The position numbers were made by a program, and so were the translations under genes. DNA of 47,683 nucleotides, from contig MU271352.1 of the NCBI GenBank assembly GCA_021432655.1, forward strand, positions 32,601 through 80,283, read 5' to 3'. The DNA comes from Atractiella rhizophila. Taxonomy: Eukaryota. Positions 34,323 to 46,966 of the stretch are shown here, one piece after another. Every line of letters begins with the position of its first letter. Position 1 is the first letter of the stretch. The notes under the pieces were generated by a model. It did not search any database and was not told where the DNA came from. It saw nothing but the letters and a program-made list of their open reading frames with translations.

Positions 34323-35239
34323 CTAAGAACCGGATCCTGATCCTTCCCCAGCAGAATAGCCACGTAGAACGCTCAAAACATCAGCGAGCCTAGCTTCGTC
34401 TTCCGCAGATAATCCAGCACCAACAGCTTGCCCTGCAGTTGTAAAAGGCGGTTGAGGCGCTGCGAAGGACATTCCAAGAGGCAGATGTTGGTGCTGCAAT
34501 CCAGAAGATCAGCTTCGCAAGAAGCCTAAGACATCAGACAAGCCGACTTGATCTCCTGATGAAACACCTGAGTTTGGTTGACTATCCGCAGGGATATTGA
34601 GGAGCAGCGAGAGAAGCTCTTCCTCCTGCATCCGCGTGATGGTTGCTCCATGTCCTAAGGTGGGAACCACTTGTTGGCGGAGTTGCTGGCTCTGCATGTT
34701 CTGGTGCAGACCGTGCAGAAGACTGCCTTGTTGCCTCAATATATTTTCCAACGAGTCTGGAAACAGATGAAAACAGATGCATGGACAAGGAAAGAACTGA
34801 CTTAGGCGATTTTCCAGACGAAGGAGCGAACGCTCCTCAGCTGTGGCGCTGTCCAGTTGCGCCATGTGCGCGAGCTGTTCCAATTCTGCTTCATTGAGCA
34901 CCCTTCGTTCTTCATATTGGCAAATAATGGTGGTTGGATCTACTCCTTGAGCAATAGCAGACCGCCTACAAGCTCCACAAATCGGTCGTGCACTATGAAG
35001 CCAAATTAAGTCAACAATTGGTGCAAAATAGGAATCATTCTCACGCGTCGCATCTGACTTTCTGGTTACCCGCAACTCCATCAGTGCCTTTGCGCTTCCG
35101 TGGGAAAATGTAAGGTACGCACTCTTTCTTTGCAGCGTTTGCATGCTCTACCTCGGGGGAGAGCAGGGGGAGTACCTGAGTTCTTCCCTGGTGCATTCCC
35201 TACAGTTCTGTCTGCATTTATGCTTGTAGTTGGAGGCAT
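34323..35239 (-). CDS. Short Zn2Cys6 binuclear-cluster protein (paralogue 2)
   Basis: Spliced LPRGRACKRCKER|KVRCDA|ARPICGAC-x15-C using a 17-nt exon at 35061-35045. Coiled coil LLRLENRL. The last exon ends ...GEGSGSGS TAG at 34325-34323. Confidence 0.82.
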
Positions 35240-36689
35240 GATCCGCCGCAAGATGAGATATCTGCTTGTTTGATACAACACTCCACTTTCTCAGTTGACA
35301 CGCTCTGTGGCTTTTTGTCTGGCCTGTCCCGCGTTGCATCCCACCCCATAGCAGCAACATTCGACTTTTAAATGCTCCCCTCCGTCCATCCAAGCGTCAG
35401 AAGCAGCTTTCCTCCTACCGCGACGGGCGGGAGTACAACGGTTACGTCTTCACATGCTTCCAACCGATAACAGTTTGGATGCAGGACGGGGTGGAGAGTA
35501 CACCGAAGCAAACTGGCGGCTTGACGGCTGTTTGCGGGAGGTGTTACCGGATGACTAAACCCTTTCTTATGCCCGGAGGCCACTTCTTCCCGCGCGGCGC
35601 TTTTGAAGGAGAACCGCACAGACTCTGAGATTCCTGAAGCGCTTTCCATCAGGGTCGAGAGAGCGCTGTTGCCTATACTGTCCGGCACCTTCCCGTTACG
35701 CCATCCCAGAAGATATGGCACGGGCATTCTACACGTTTGCATTCTTCGGGTACCTTGGGGAAGTTATAATAAGCAACAAACAGATTTAAACTGTCATGCG
35801 CCAGAGGGAAAGTTTAATTTAATTTGTTGACGAAAAGGCCAGCTCAGATATCAAGATCAGCATAGGTGCCCAAGGCGATTGTCACCTCTGCTTAAATCGG
35901 ACTGGCAGGCAAAGAGCCAGTGCAGAATGAATTAATCAATCAGAGGTTGCCAATCAGGGTCTCTCTCAACTTGGTCAGCCTTCTTGAACAGTCCATCTGG
36001 TTAGCCTACTGGAGCCTCACCACTTCCTCCTATGTTGCTGAGAGCAGAATGTCGGAGGTCGGTAGGCTCCCTCAACCGTACCGTAGCCCGCTCACCTTCT
36101 GGAGGTACGAAAAGGTCAAAGATTGATCGATTCTCCACTCAGGTCTGGAAGGGTGGAGCAACCTTGCGACCATTTTTAAGATGGGCACGTCGGGTACAAC
36201 ACCAGTAGGCATAGCGAACTCATACTACCGACAATGGGGAAGAGAGATCCTGTATCTAGTGTTTATGCTCAATACCTTCTCTTGCACAAGAGCACACATT
36301 ATACATGTCTGTACATCACTATCTTCGTAACTTCACACTCTCATCCGTGGTAATAACGCTGCTCAGACAGCAGAAACTGGTTGAGATGCAGAACCAACGA
36401 AGGAGAACATGACCCGGTCTGTGGAGCTTGGACAGTGCACGATGATGACCTGTAACAAAACCATGACGTGACAAAGTATGGATAACGTAGGAAGAGAGGG
36501 TAGACAGGAAGACCGTTGATACCCCTTTTTGCAATCTAACCCTCCAAACTTGTTACATCCCGACGCTCAACGAAAGACTTTCAGACATCAAGAAATCATG
36601 TTCCGTTTGAGCACAATTGGTTGCCTTTGAATAACGGCCGATCTATCCTATTCTCTCTCGATAAACACAACAACAACACTCACCACCAA

Positions 36690-37606
36690 TCAACTCCTCC
36701 GCGCACCAACCGCAAGTCCCTCTCTCAGTATCAACCTCCTAATCTCTCCCTTGGTCTTTAAACTCCTATTCCTCCGCTTATCTCTCTCCATCGCCGCATA
36801 ATCGTCCCCATGAACATCCACCAATTCTTTCAACCACTCCTTCTCCGCGAGAGAAGAGTGTCGCGGTTGTCGTTGGGTAGCGGCTTGGCGAGAGAGGCTG
36901 GTTAGAGCGTCGTGGAACGGGGTTTGATTTGATGATGAGGACTCCGAAGGGAGATGTGAGGTTGAAGTTGATGGAGGTGGAGGAGGGAGAGAATCGAACG
37001 GCTTTCCCCACGGCGTCATCTCCTCCTCTTCCTCCTCCTCCTCCTCCTCTCCATCAATCACGATTTTGAGCACCTCGCCAGTCTTCTCGTCCCTTATAAT
37101 CCGTCCAAATTGTTGTTCCCTCCCCTTCCCCTTCTCCATCTTCCCACCATCCTCTCCCTCCGCCTCCGACCCCTCTTGCTCTTCAATCGGCAGATCATCG
37201 AATTCGAAACCCGCCTCCCTCCTCTTCTCCAACGCATATACTCCGGTCTCTTCCAACGAACGCTCGACTCCTCCAGCCACCCCATTCACCTCCATCTCCG
37301 CACCAGTCGCCAGACCCAACGCACGAAAGTTCTGCCGCGGCGTCTTCCTGCACACACCACAACATAATTCAATACCTCTTCTTCTCCATTATGTCATGTA
37401 TGATAAGCAGCGACTTACTTGACGTCCCAGTGAGCAGCGATCAGGGGAGGAGCACGCTTGATGACCACCTTCTTCAGCTTGTCCTGCTGCCGTCGGGACT
37501 GCTTGACCTTGGCGGTGCCTGAGCGCGCTTTCCGGCGTTGTCGTGGGTTTGCCTGTGCATGTCCTACGTCGATGAGGGACTAAAGCGGATGAAAGAGACA
37601 TACCAT
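36690..37606 (-). CDS. NOP16: Nucleolar protein 16 (60S ribosome biogenesis)
   Basis: ATG|intron|ANPRQRRKARSG...HWDVK|KTPRQNFRALGL, GRIIRDEKTGEV, and C-terminal EKEWLKELVDVHGDDYAAMERDKRRN. Confidence 0.9.
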
Positions 37607-37788
37607 CGTGTTATTGTGTGGTTTGCCTGCTCAAAAGGAAAAGTTTGGATGCAAGATTAGGTTCGGCCCTTTGCAAGCGGACAGAAAACACGACGCGTAA
37701 GAACCTCACAAATCATCACTCTGCACCTTCAGCACCTGCCACAAAACACTACACAGCATCACCATCACAGTGATAGAACATCATTATC
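37607..37788. promoter_or_regulatory. Probable bidirectional promoter between NOP16 and RPN8
   Basis: Only 182 bp separate the two divergent ATGs. No specific sites are assigned. Confidence 0.6.
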
Positions 37789-39141
37789 ATGTCGACGAAG
37801 CCGCCAGCCGGGAAAGAGATCATATGCCATCCACTCGTCCTGCTCTCCATAACCGACCACCACTCACGCACGCTCAAGTCGTCCGCTGCGTCGTCCAACA
37901 AGCGAGTCGTAGGCGTGTTGTTGGGGCAGGATCAGGGCGGATTCGTCAATGTGGCTAATAGCTTTGCTGGTCTGTCTTTCTTCTCGCTTTTGCATTTCGT
38001 TACAGTGTTGCATGAACTGCTGTTGGGGATGTGTTGTTGGATACGTGAATGGAGGCTGAAGGGAGTTGAATAGTGCCTTTCGAAGAGGATGACAAGGACG
38101 AACACACCTGGTTCCTCGACCACAACTACATTGCGAGCATGGCAGACATGTTCAAAAAAGTCAACGGTTCGTCTCCACTCCACAACTCACCCTGGGACAA
38201 AAAAGCTAATATCTAATGGTATCGATGAAAGCTCGAGAGGTACCTGTAGGCTGGTACCACACCGGACCCAAGCTCCGTTCCTCAGACCTCGAGATTAATG
38301 AGGTCATCAAACGGTTCTGCAATAAGCCGATCATGCTCATATGTGATGTGAGAGGGACGAAGGGAGGGCAGCCGGTGGATGGATACGAGGCAGTGGAAGA
38401 AATAAAAGATGTGAGTTTTCTCTTTCCTTTCCCTTGCACGATTTGTGAGAACGAAACGCTGATTGTAATGAATAACAGGACGGATCCGCCTCATCCTACA
38501 CCTTCCACCACCTGCCCTCCTCGATCAAAGCCGAAGAAGCAGAGGAGATCGGGGTCGAACACCTCCTGCGGGACATCACCTCCCTCTCCTCCCACTCCAA
38601 CCCCTCCCTCTCCTCCCTCGTCCACCTCCGTCTCTCCTCCCTCCACGGCTTCCGTTCCCGACTGCTCGAGATCAGCGACTACCTCGAACAGGTCCTGCTG
38701 GGCAAGATGGAGATGAACATCGAGATCGGGTACCTCCTTCAGGACATTTTTAACCTCTTACCGGGCTTGGAGGCCGTAGAGGAACAGGGGAGTGGGATGC
38801 CTGTCGCCGTGAAGACGAACGATTCGCTCCTCGTCGTTTATTTGAGCAGTCTTATACGAGCGGTGATCGCTTTGCATAATTTGATCAACAATAAAGCTAC
38901 GTGCGTCACCCCCTTCCTCTTCTCTCATCTTTCTTCCCCTTCGAGTAGAACAAGCACGCTAACTCGTTTCTGGTGATGGGTTGATAGAGGAGGGATACCT
39001 GAAGCGGAAGCGAAGGAAGAGGAGGAAAAGAAGAGGGAGAAGGAGAGAGAGAGAGAGAAGAAGGCGGATAAGGAAGGGGAAGGGAAGGATAAAGATAAGG
39101 AGGAGAAGGAGAAGGAGAAGAATGACCAGCGGGGAATTTGA
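37789..39141 (+). CDS. RPN8: 26S proteasome lid subunit Rpn8 (PSMD7, MPN domain); multi-exon
   Basis: [116 protein letters not shown], and a KEKE-rich tail. Confidence 0.96.
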
Positions 39142-40294
39142 TGTGTTTCATTGATTTGGTCGTTCTCATCCTCGTGTCGGAGGTGCGCTCTTTTCACACT
39201 TGAGAAGTTTAGAGGGAGACCGTTGGCATTCGAAGAACGAGGATGCATTTAAGAAAGGTATGAAAACCTTCGCGGAGGAGAACGGCGGGAAGGATGTATG
39301 TCTGCTATTATTCTCCGCTTGCAACCACGGAACTTCTCTCTGTTCCACATCCTGTTTGAGTTCCTCTCGCCGCGGATTATGTCTCACTTGTCGACATAGA
39401 AATAAGGATTGGTGTCGTGTGATACCAACCTTCAACTATATTTGGTTGTTTACGCGCCCACTCTCAGTCTGCTTAGTTGCTACAACGGTGCACCAAATCC
39501 TGAAATTGGCTCACACAGCTTTGATGCCCTTCTTCTTCTGGTAGTCATGTTAGTTGGGCTGATCGACGCAAGGCTTTGATAATCTCAGTCTGACCGTTCC
39601 AAGACTCCTAAACATGACTTCTTGCTTCCTATCACGCCAGCAGAGTTCTTTCCAGTTCCAAGGTTTTCCAGGTTTTGAGAGAGGGCGAAGAGAGTGTTAT
39701 TCAATTTAGACCATCAACTGGAGAAATGGTTGAGCAAAGAGGAATACCAAAAAGCAAAAATGACGGGACATGTTCTCGATCTCGCACTTTGTTCATCGAA
39801 TTACCGTCCAAGGATCCCATGATGGTTTAATGACGTAGTTTGTTGTTCTCTAAAGCCACAGAACTGCCTTAGTCGATTAAGAGTCAAGATATAAAAATAT
39901 ACAAACTCAATAGCTTCTCGTTGCTGATCTCGTCTGACCAGAAGAGCAGAAAGGAAATACTCGCTCGCCTCGATTTGTCTGAAGGATCTTGAAGCAATAT
40001 TGCCCTTTGCCTGCACCCGAATCATGTCCTGGCACTGGAAACAGAGCGAGCTGCTTAGAAACAGGTTTCAAACCATTTGTTCCCATTACTCTTCACTGGT
40101 CAGTTCTGAACTTTATACGAGTGTGAACATCATACTTTTAACGAAGACGAAAATTACAATGCAGAAACAAGCGGCACAAAACAAAATATAGACAATACCC
40201 CCAATAAATTATGGCTGATTAGTACAACACTTTTTCTCACGAACAATAGTCCATCTCTGAACATTCCCCTTCTTCTTCTTCCACAGTCTCAAGT

Positions 40295-41799
40295 CTATAC
40301 TTCCCATGAGTAAGCTTGACCAGTATGAAATGAGTACACCTGCCTTGCTTCCATCTTCGTCTCTATTTCAACATCAACCATCACACCAGGATAACTAGCC
40401 CGTAACTTCTCCTCGATTCGCCGCTCTTCACTTTGAAGTTCAGCGTCGGATGGTTCACGGATGGTAAAACTGCGAAACTTTGGAAGTGTATCGCTACATC
40501 CATGAGGGAAACTGCGGCTGCTGCCACGGCCATCAACTGATTTTGCTACAGATCGGAGGTGGAGGACTATGCGCGTAGCCATTATTGATGTGAATGTTAG
40601 GGTCAGCGGACAGTTCAAAGTTGGGTTGCGTTCTGTAGGGAGACTGCGTTACGTTGCAGGTGTAAGTCAGTTCAGAGTGAATTTGGTATGAAAGATGGAA
40701 GAGGAATACGAACGAGAAGAACACCACGTTAATTAGGTTGCAAATTGTTACGATGACGAAGTATACGACGCCATCACGGAAGAAGACTGAGGGGAGGAGA
40801 CTGAGCTTCCCATTCTGCCGCTGGGCGATGAGCCATCTGTTGATGACTTAGCAACCAGAACCAGTCGGATGGAAGAACTGGTGACGGACACTAGCATGAA
40901 TATTGTTGCCGTAGTGTCATAGAAGAGAAGGGGGACCCTGTGTTTCCCATCAGCGACGGGATCCTGTTCGAATAGGACACAAACCAATAAATCCATGGGT
41001 GGCTCCAGTAAAGCATCAGTTTCCTTCATAAGAGACTGAGGGAAAACTAATCACTTTTGACCTCCTCTAACAACTGAGATACACCCCCTCAAGCCAGGCA
41101 GTCTTGGGGACTTGTCAGCCTATCTCTAACATCGCACAAAGACGAGATCGGATGAAACGTACAACTGCAATGCTTTGCTCTGAGAAAACGACCAGACCTC
41201 AACAGTGGTCCCAGCCATAGCCAATATTCCAAAGAAGTAAGCAACCCATTTCCGACGGTTCCACATCACCCACACTCTTGCGCCAAGGAGGAACTGGCAG
41301 TTCACTGCGCCCCTGTTTTATCAGTTTATTACATGCCTCAGATTAGGAAGACGCACAAAGAAGAATGGTGACTGCAATAGGCTTGAGAATGTGAATCTTG
41401 TCACAAGTTTTTGGGGTGAATTCGAACCAGAACAGATACATGGCCAGGACAAAAACTAAAAGGCTCCAGTAGCTGCATGTGTCACATAAGTTTACGGCGC
41501 ACACGGAGACGAGAGAGGTACCGGTTGAAGAAGAATGACACTCGGACTGATGTCCAACGCTCCGCCTTCCACATGTCCCTGTATTCGTCTGGGAAAGTAA
41601 GGATGAAGTCCCAGACATAGAGAGCGAAACATGCTGTTCTCCAGTTCAGCTCAGGTCACGCATGAAAGTGACAACATCAACCAGTGAGATAGGTACGACT
41701 GGCTGAAAGAATTCTCTCTAGGGCAGCAGTTTCGAGAGCTAGGTCGAGCTGTTCTTCCACAGTAAGACTGGGATTTGCTGAAGGGGCAGAGGATGACAT
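40295..41799 (-). CDS. DUF6533-family multi-pass membrane protein (copy 1); multi-exon
   Basis: ACFALYVWDFILTFPDEYRDMWKAERWTSVRVSFFFNR|YW, ARVWVMW, PLLFYDT, RDGVVYF, and TRIVLHLR. Confidence 0.85.
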
Positions 41800-41866
41800 G
41801 ACGTCTCCTGAGCCCTAGGAAAAATTACGAAGGTAGAAGTCGACAGCCTGTTATGAAGCATGTTCC

Positions 41867-41988
41867 TTTATAAGCTGGTACGAATATATTTCTATCCTTG
41901 AAGCAGTTGCAGGAAGCTCTGAGAAACCCCTTTCAACCTGTGGGTAAATTGGGAAGCGTCGCAAAATGGCTCAGAAGGAAGACCCACC
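41867..41988 (-). promoter_or_regulatory. TATA box and conserved upstream blocks of DUF6533 copy 1 (mirrored at 44173-44300 for copy 2)
   Basis: Plus-strand tttataag, ggaagctctga and ggctcagaagga(a)gacccacc recur at near-identical spacing upstream of copies 1 and 2. Confidence 0.6.
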
Positions 41989-42834
41989 CATTGAGCTGCA
42001 GACTCGAAGGAACCTCAAAAGCGGGGGACGGCGACGCTTAGGTTCAGAGCACTCCATTCCCAACACTGTGTTAGTTTGCTTCTGCTTCTGAACACTTCTG
42101 TGGGAACAGGAATCTCAGAACAATGCACACTGCAGTTTTCAACTTGGGCAAACATCCTGTTGACGAAATACTGCATCCTATGATGGCACTGATGCTCTTG
42201 TTCGCTCGTCAATGTTGGTGAGATGAAATAGAGTTATCCTGATCTTCTAATGCCCACCTCCCTTTTAGCGCGATGCAGTCTCTGCGCAGTGCTTCTCTGA
42301 GCTGTGACGGTCTGCTCCGTGACCGCACAATGAATGCGCACTCCACCTGCCCCGAAACATGCGAGAGGAACGGGCATACGCTCAGATAGGAATATGGTGG
42401 GGTGAGATGTTAGGCATTCGAGGCCAGTTAAAAGAGAGACGCACAGATGTCCAATCTCAAGGCCAGAACCTCAATTTTCCCCTTCTAAGCCATGCAGTCA
42501 TCCACTCTTGGCTCGGAAATACAAAATTCACATTCTGATGACATTGACAAATACCCTATACATCGAGTCCAGTTGTCTCATTTCTTCTTTACCACACTGC
42601 ATTCTTCTATGAAGTGTACCTATCGTCCACAGCTTCAATCCTATCTTTTGCATCAGCATCCTCAACGACGCGCAAGAATGAGCATAGACGGACGTCTGTT
42701 CCATGTTTGCATCTGTCTTCACTTCACTTATCATGCCTGCGTAACTAACCCCAACTCCGTCTTCGAGTTGCTTCCCTCCTAGCTGTTCTCCAACTTCAGC
42801 CTTTCTCGGGCTGCGAAACATCGGCACAGTATTG

Positions 42835-44107
42835 TTACAATCCATAGGAACCACCAATGTTGCCAATGTCATCGTCACGGGAGTTTGAGCCATAGGCAGC
42901 ACACCGAATGTGAAGTACGATGCGAGAGGCCATCATAGTCGTGAATGATATTGCTAGCGGGGTATTCAAAGCTGGAACGAGTACTCCAGGGACACTGTTC
43001 GCACATCTACGTCAGTTCAGAGGAAAGTATAGCATTCCCCGACAGACGAGAAATAAACCGCATTGACCAGGTTGCAGGCAAATACAATAATGAAATAGAG
43101 GATGCCGTCACGCATGAAAATGGAAAGGAGACGCGTCAGAGTTGTGTTGCGCCAGTGAGCGAGGAGCGGTCTGTTCAGTCTTGTTCGCAAAGTATTAGAG
43201 GCGGAAGATCAGATGACTGACACGAGCATGAATATAGTTGCCGTTGTATCATAAAGGAGCAGCGGTATCCTGTCCTCTCAATCAGCATCTTCCCCGTCTT
43301 TCAGCTGGGACAAACCAAAAGGCCCATAGGTGACTTTACGAAGCGTCAGCTTTGTTCATGCAAGATTGAGGAAACACAACTCACCGCCGACCGCCTCCAA
43401 CTGAAATGCATCCCCTTAGACCGGGCATTCTATGGGACAAGTCAGCGATTTAACTCCCGTACTCGGAAGAGCTACAAATGCAGTGCTTCATTGTGAGCAA
43501 CTGACCAGACCTGAACAGCTGTACCAGCTACAGCGAAGATTCCGAAGAAGTAAGCTACCCATTTTCGAGAGTTCCATATTACCCAGACTCTTGCACCAAA
43601 CAGAAACTCGCAGGTCACTTTGCATATGTGATTGTGGTCAATTGGTGTTCGTAGGAAGGAGAGAAACACACAGAAGAGGACTATGCCGCCAATAGGTCGA
43701 AAAAAGTGAATCTTGTTGCAAGTTTTCGGGGGGAATTCAAACCAGAGAAGAGTCATTGAGAGGACAAAGTTTAGGAGACTCCAGTAACTTCGTGTTCCTC
43801 GCTTGAGTCTACAGCGGGCTAAGAGAGGCTAGAGGGAAAGGTACCGGTTGAAGAAAAACGCGACTCGGACTGGTGTCCAGCGTTGCGCCTTCCACATAGT
43901 CTTGTATTCGGCTGGGAAGGTGAGGATGAAGTCCCAAACATAGATCGCAAAACAAGCTGCCTCCAGTTTAGTCAAGTTCACATGAAGAAGTGAGAAAGCT
44001 GAGCCTGTGAGATAGGTACGACCAGAGGAAAGCACTTCCTCCAAAGCTGCACGTTTGAGAGCAAGCCCAACCCACTCTTCTCCTGTAAGACTCAGTGAGG
44101 ACGACAT
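42835..44107 (-). CDS. DUF6533-family multi-pass membrane protein (copy 2), C-terminal tail shortened by a 1-bp insertion
   Basis: ACFAIYVWDFILTFPAEYKTMWKAQRWTPVRVAFFFNR and the same exon pattern as copy 1. SRIVLHIR...SYGL ends at TAA 42837-42835, while the homologous tail continues in another frame (ORF 42528..42902). Confidence 0.8.
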
Positions 44108-45380
44108 GACGTGCCCTTTGTGCCAGGAAACCTGCGAAGAAGTGGAGTCTCAGCTTGGAGGCAAACAGACTCTTTTATAAGTGTAGAGTGAGCATACAAC
44201 TGATCTTCACGTCCTTCCAGAAGGAAGCTCTGATGAACTCTTCGGCTTGGACAAACGCATAGAATGACTGCCGCAGGAGGGGCTCAGAAGGAGACCCACC
44301 ACGTTGAGATTGAGACTTGCGCTCAACAAAACTCAGCAAAGCTCAGATAGAAGGAACGAAGGATGTTGACTTCGGAGCCTCCCTCGGCTCATTCAGACGA
44401 ATCTTTGAATATGCCTTGAATCCCAGAGGAGAAGAAGCCAGGGAACAACGGCATACTTCGTGGGACATGACCGCCGCGAACTTGCTCCCCTCATTTCAAT
44501 TCTCTCGTCATCCTGAAGAGAGGACAGATCCTGCAAACAAGCGTCACGTTGCCACTTAATAAGACACAATATGTAATCACACAGGCGTTTTCATACGTCA
44601 TCACAGGAAGCAGAAGCAGCACATCCTACATCCCTTGTAGTATCAGTTGAGCTACTCGGAAACCTTCGTCGTGCTAGCAGCAACATGTCAATGAGACCGT
44701 GATGCCTAACACTTCATGTTATCTTTATCTTCCCCATCCACGCCTACGATCAAAGGAGGGTGGATGTGAGACTAATGTGAAGCCCCTAGTCCTAAGTGAG
44801 GACTCTAGTCCCTTGCACTTCTTTGCGGTCTCTCCAAAATCCAACTCGAACACTAAATAGGACTGATGATGAAGGTCTCAGTAAAAACTAACACGTGACA
44901 CAAATGTCCACAGTTGCTCATGAAGCAAGAAGACAGGGGAATCAGTTCCCATAGAGATCTATCCAGCAACATATGAATGTTTTTCAATACAGGAAGAGAA
45001 GCACACGGCGAAACCAATACAAGATAACCCACGAGAGGAAGTAGTTGTCGGAGCATCCTTTATCGCCAGGGTATGTGACACTCCTGGTTCTCTAGCCCTC
45101 CTTTCAGTGCTCTCCGCTTTCGCACAGTGATGAAAGCATGTCTGTTAACAGTAATGGTTAACCCACAATCTGACCACCCTCTTGAATCCAAGGTGGGATC
45201 TTCGCAGCCCTGTCGTGATCTTGGCATGAAGTCTGTTGTGATTGAGCTTTTATCGGCCGTCGACCTAGAGGAAAATTATGTGCAGTTCAAGCATTCATCA
45301 ACGTCCCTTTACATCGGTCTGTTGGTATCAAGTTGTGTGTTCAAATGGACCTATAACAAAAGGCACAGATGGCATATTCC

Positions 45381-46966
45381 TTATGTTGAAAGCGTGCTGT
45401 TTACTTCTTCTTTACTGTAACACCGTTTTTGACACACTATGCTCCATTTCTTCGTCTTCCGCATCTGCTGCGGCTTCAAGTCTATCTGCTGATCAACCCT
45501 TCGCCAACACGATGAATGATCTGCAGCTGACCTTTTTTCCATGTTCGTATCTGCCTCAACAGTAACTATCACATCCGCATAAGCAGCTTCCATCCCTCCA
45601 TCTATTCGCCTCACTCCACTGCGAAGAGGCGCGTCCGGCAGTTCAGCAACATCAGACTTGAAAAGATTCCGAAACTTAGGGCTTGTATTACTCTGCCCAT
45701 GCGTGGCACTGGCGTTGCTACCGCCTGGTGAGTTTGCAACAGACCGAAGGTGGAGTACGATGCGAGAGGCCATCATTGTCGTGAATAATATGGCAAGCGA
45801 TGAGTTTAAGCCTGGGATGAGCACCGAGGGAATACTGTTCCCTAAAGCCGTTTAGAGAGCAATTTGGACCCAAAGATGTGAAGAGGAATACGAACCAGAA
45901 ATAAATCAGATTAATCAGGTTGCAGGCAAATACGATAATGAAATAGAGGACGCCATCACGCAAGAAGATTGAGAGGAGGCGCGATGGAGGAGTAGTGCCG
46001 CAGTGAGCGAGGACGGGTCTTGTAAAGGCTTAACAACTAGTCAGCCGAAGAATGAGATGACACACTTGAGCATGAATATCGTTGCTGTTGTGTCGTAAAG
46101 GAGAAGCGGGAGCCTATGCTTTCCATCAACAATCTAATCCCCTTTTCAGCGGAAATACAAACCAAAAGGCCCATTGATTACTTTTCGAAATGTCAGCTTG
46201 TTCATACTGGCTTGAGGATGAATCACTTCTGATCTGCTCTAACAGAGAGACAGCCCCTTAGACCAGGCGGCCTATGACACTCATCAGTCATTGTCTCCTC
46301 TAACTTGAAAGACGCACAAGCGTAGGGCCATGTTGTGAGTAACTGCCCAGACCTGAACAGTCGCACCAGCAAGGGCAAGAATTCCGAAGAAGTAAGCAAT
46401 CCATGTACGTCGATTCCACATTACCCACACTCTTGCGCCGAAGAGGAACTCGCAGCCCACTGCACCATATCACATGGGTCAATTTGTGAACTTGTATAGA
46501 GGGGGAAAATGCACGAAAGACAAAGATGCCAGCCACAGGTACAAGAACCTGAACCCTGTCGCACGTTTTCGGGGCGAATTCCAACCACGCAAAACACATC
46601 GTCAAGACAACACTGAGAAGGCTCCAGTATCTTTACGTTTCTCGCTTGAGTCTACGACATGCGGAGAGAAGTTGGAGAAAGACGCACCGGTTGAAGAAGA
46701 ACGCGAATCGGACTGGCGTCCAACGCTGAGCCTTCCACATGGTTGTGTATTCGTTTGGAAAAGTGAGAACGAAGTCCCAACAGTAGATTGCAAAGCAAGC
46801 TGTCGCTTCAGTTCAGTCCAGTTGGTATGATGAAGCGAGAGCGCGAACCAGTCAGATAAGTACGGTTAGCAGAAAGTGCTTCCTCCAGAGATGCGCGTTG
46901 GAGAGCCAGCGCAAGCTGTTCTTCCAAAGTAAGGTCGGGACCCGTTTCAGAAGAGGAGGGTGACAT
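45381..46966 (-). CDS. DUF6533-family multi-pass membrane protein (copy 3); 3' end approximate
   Basis: MSPSSSETGPDLTLEEQL, CWDFVLTFPNEYTTMWKAQRWTPVRFAFFFNR, RDGVLYFIIVFACNLIN, and SRIVLHLR. Confidence 0.85.

Noticed and set aside
39005..39120. GA-rich simple repeat (also the tcc run at 37021-37050)
   Set aside because: These encode the KEKE tail of Rpn8 and a poly-Glu tract of Nop16, not independent repeats.
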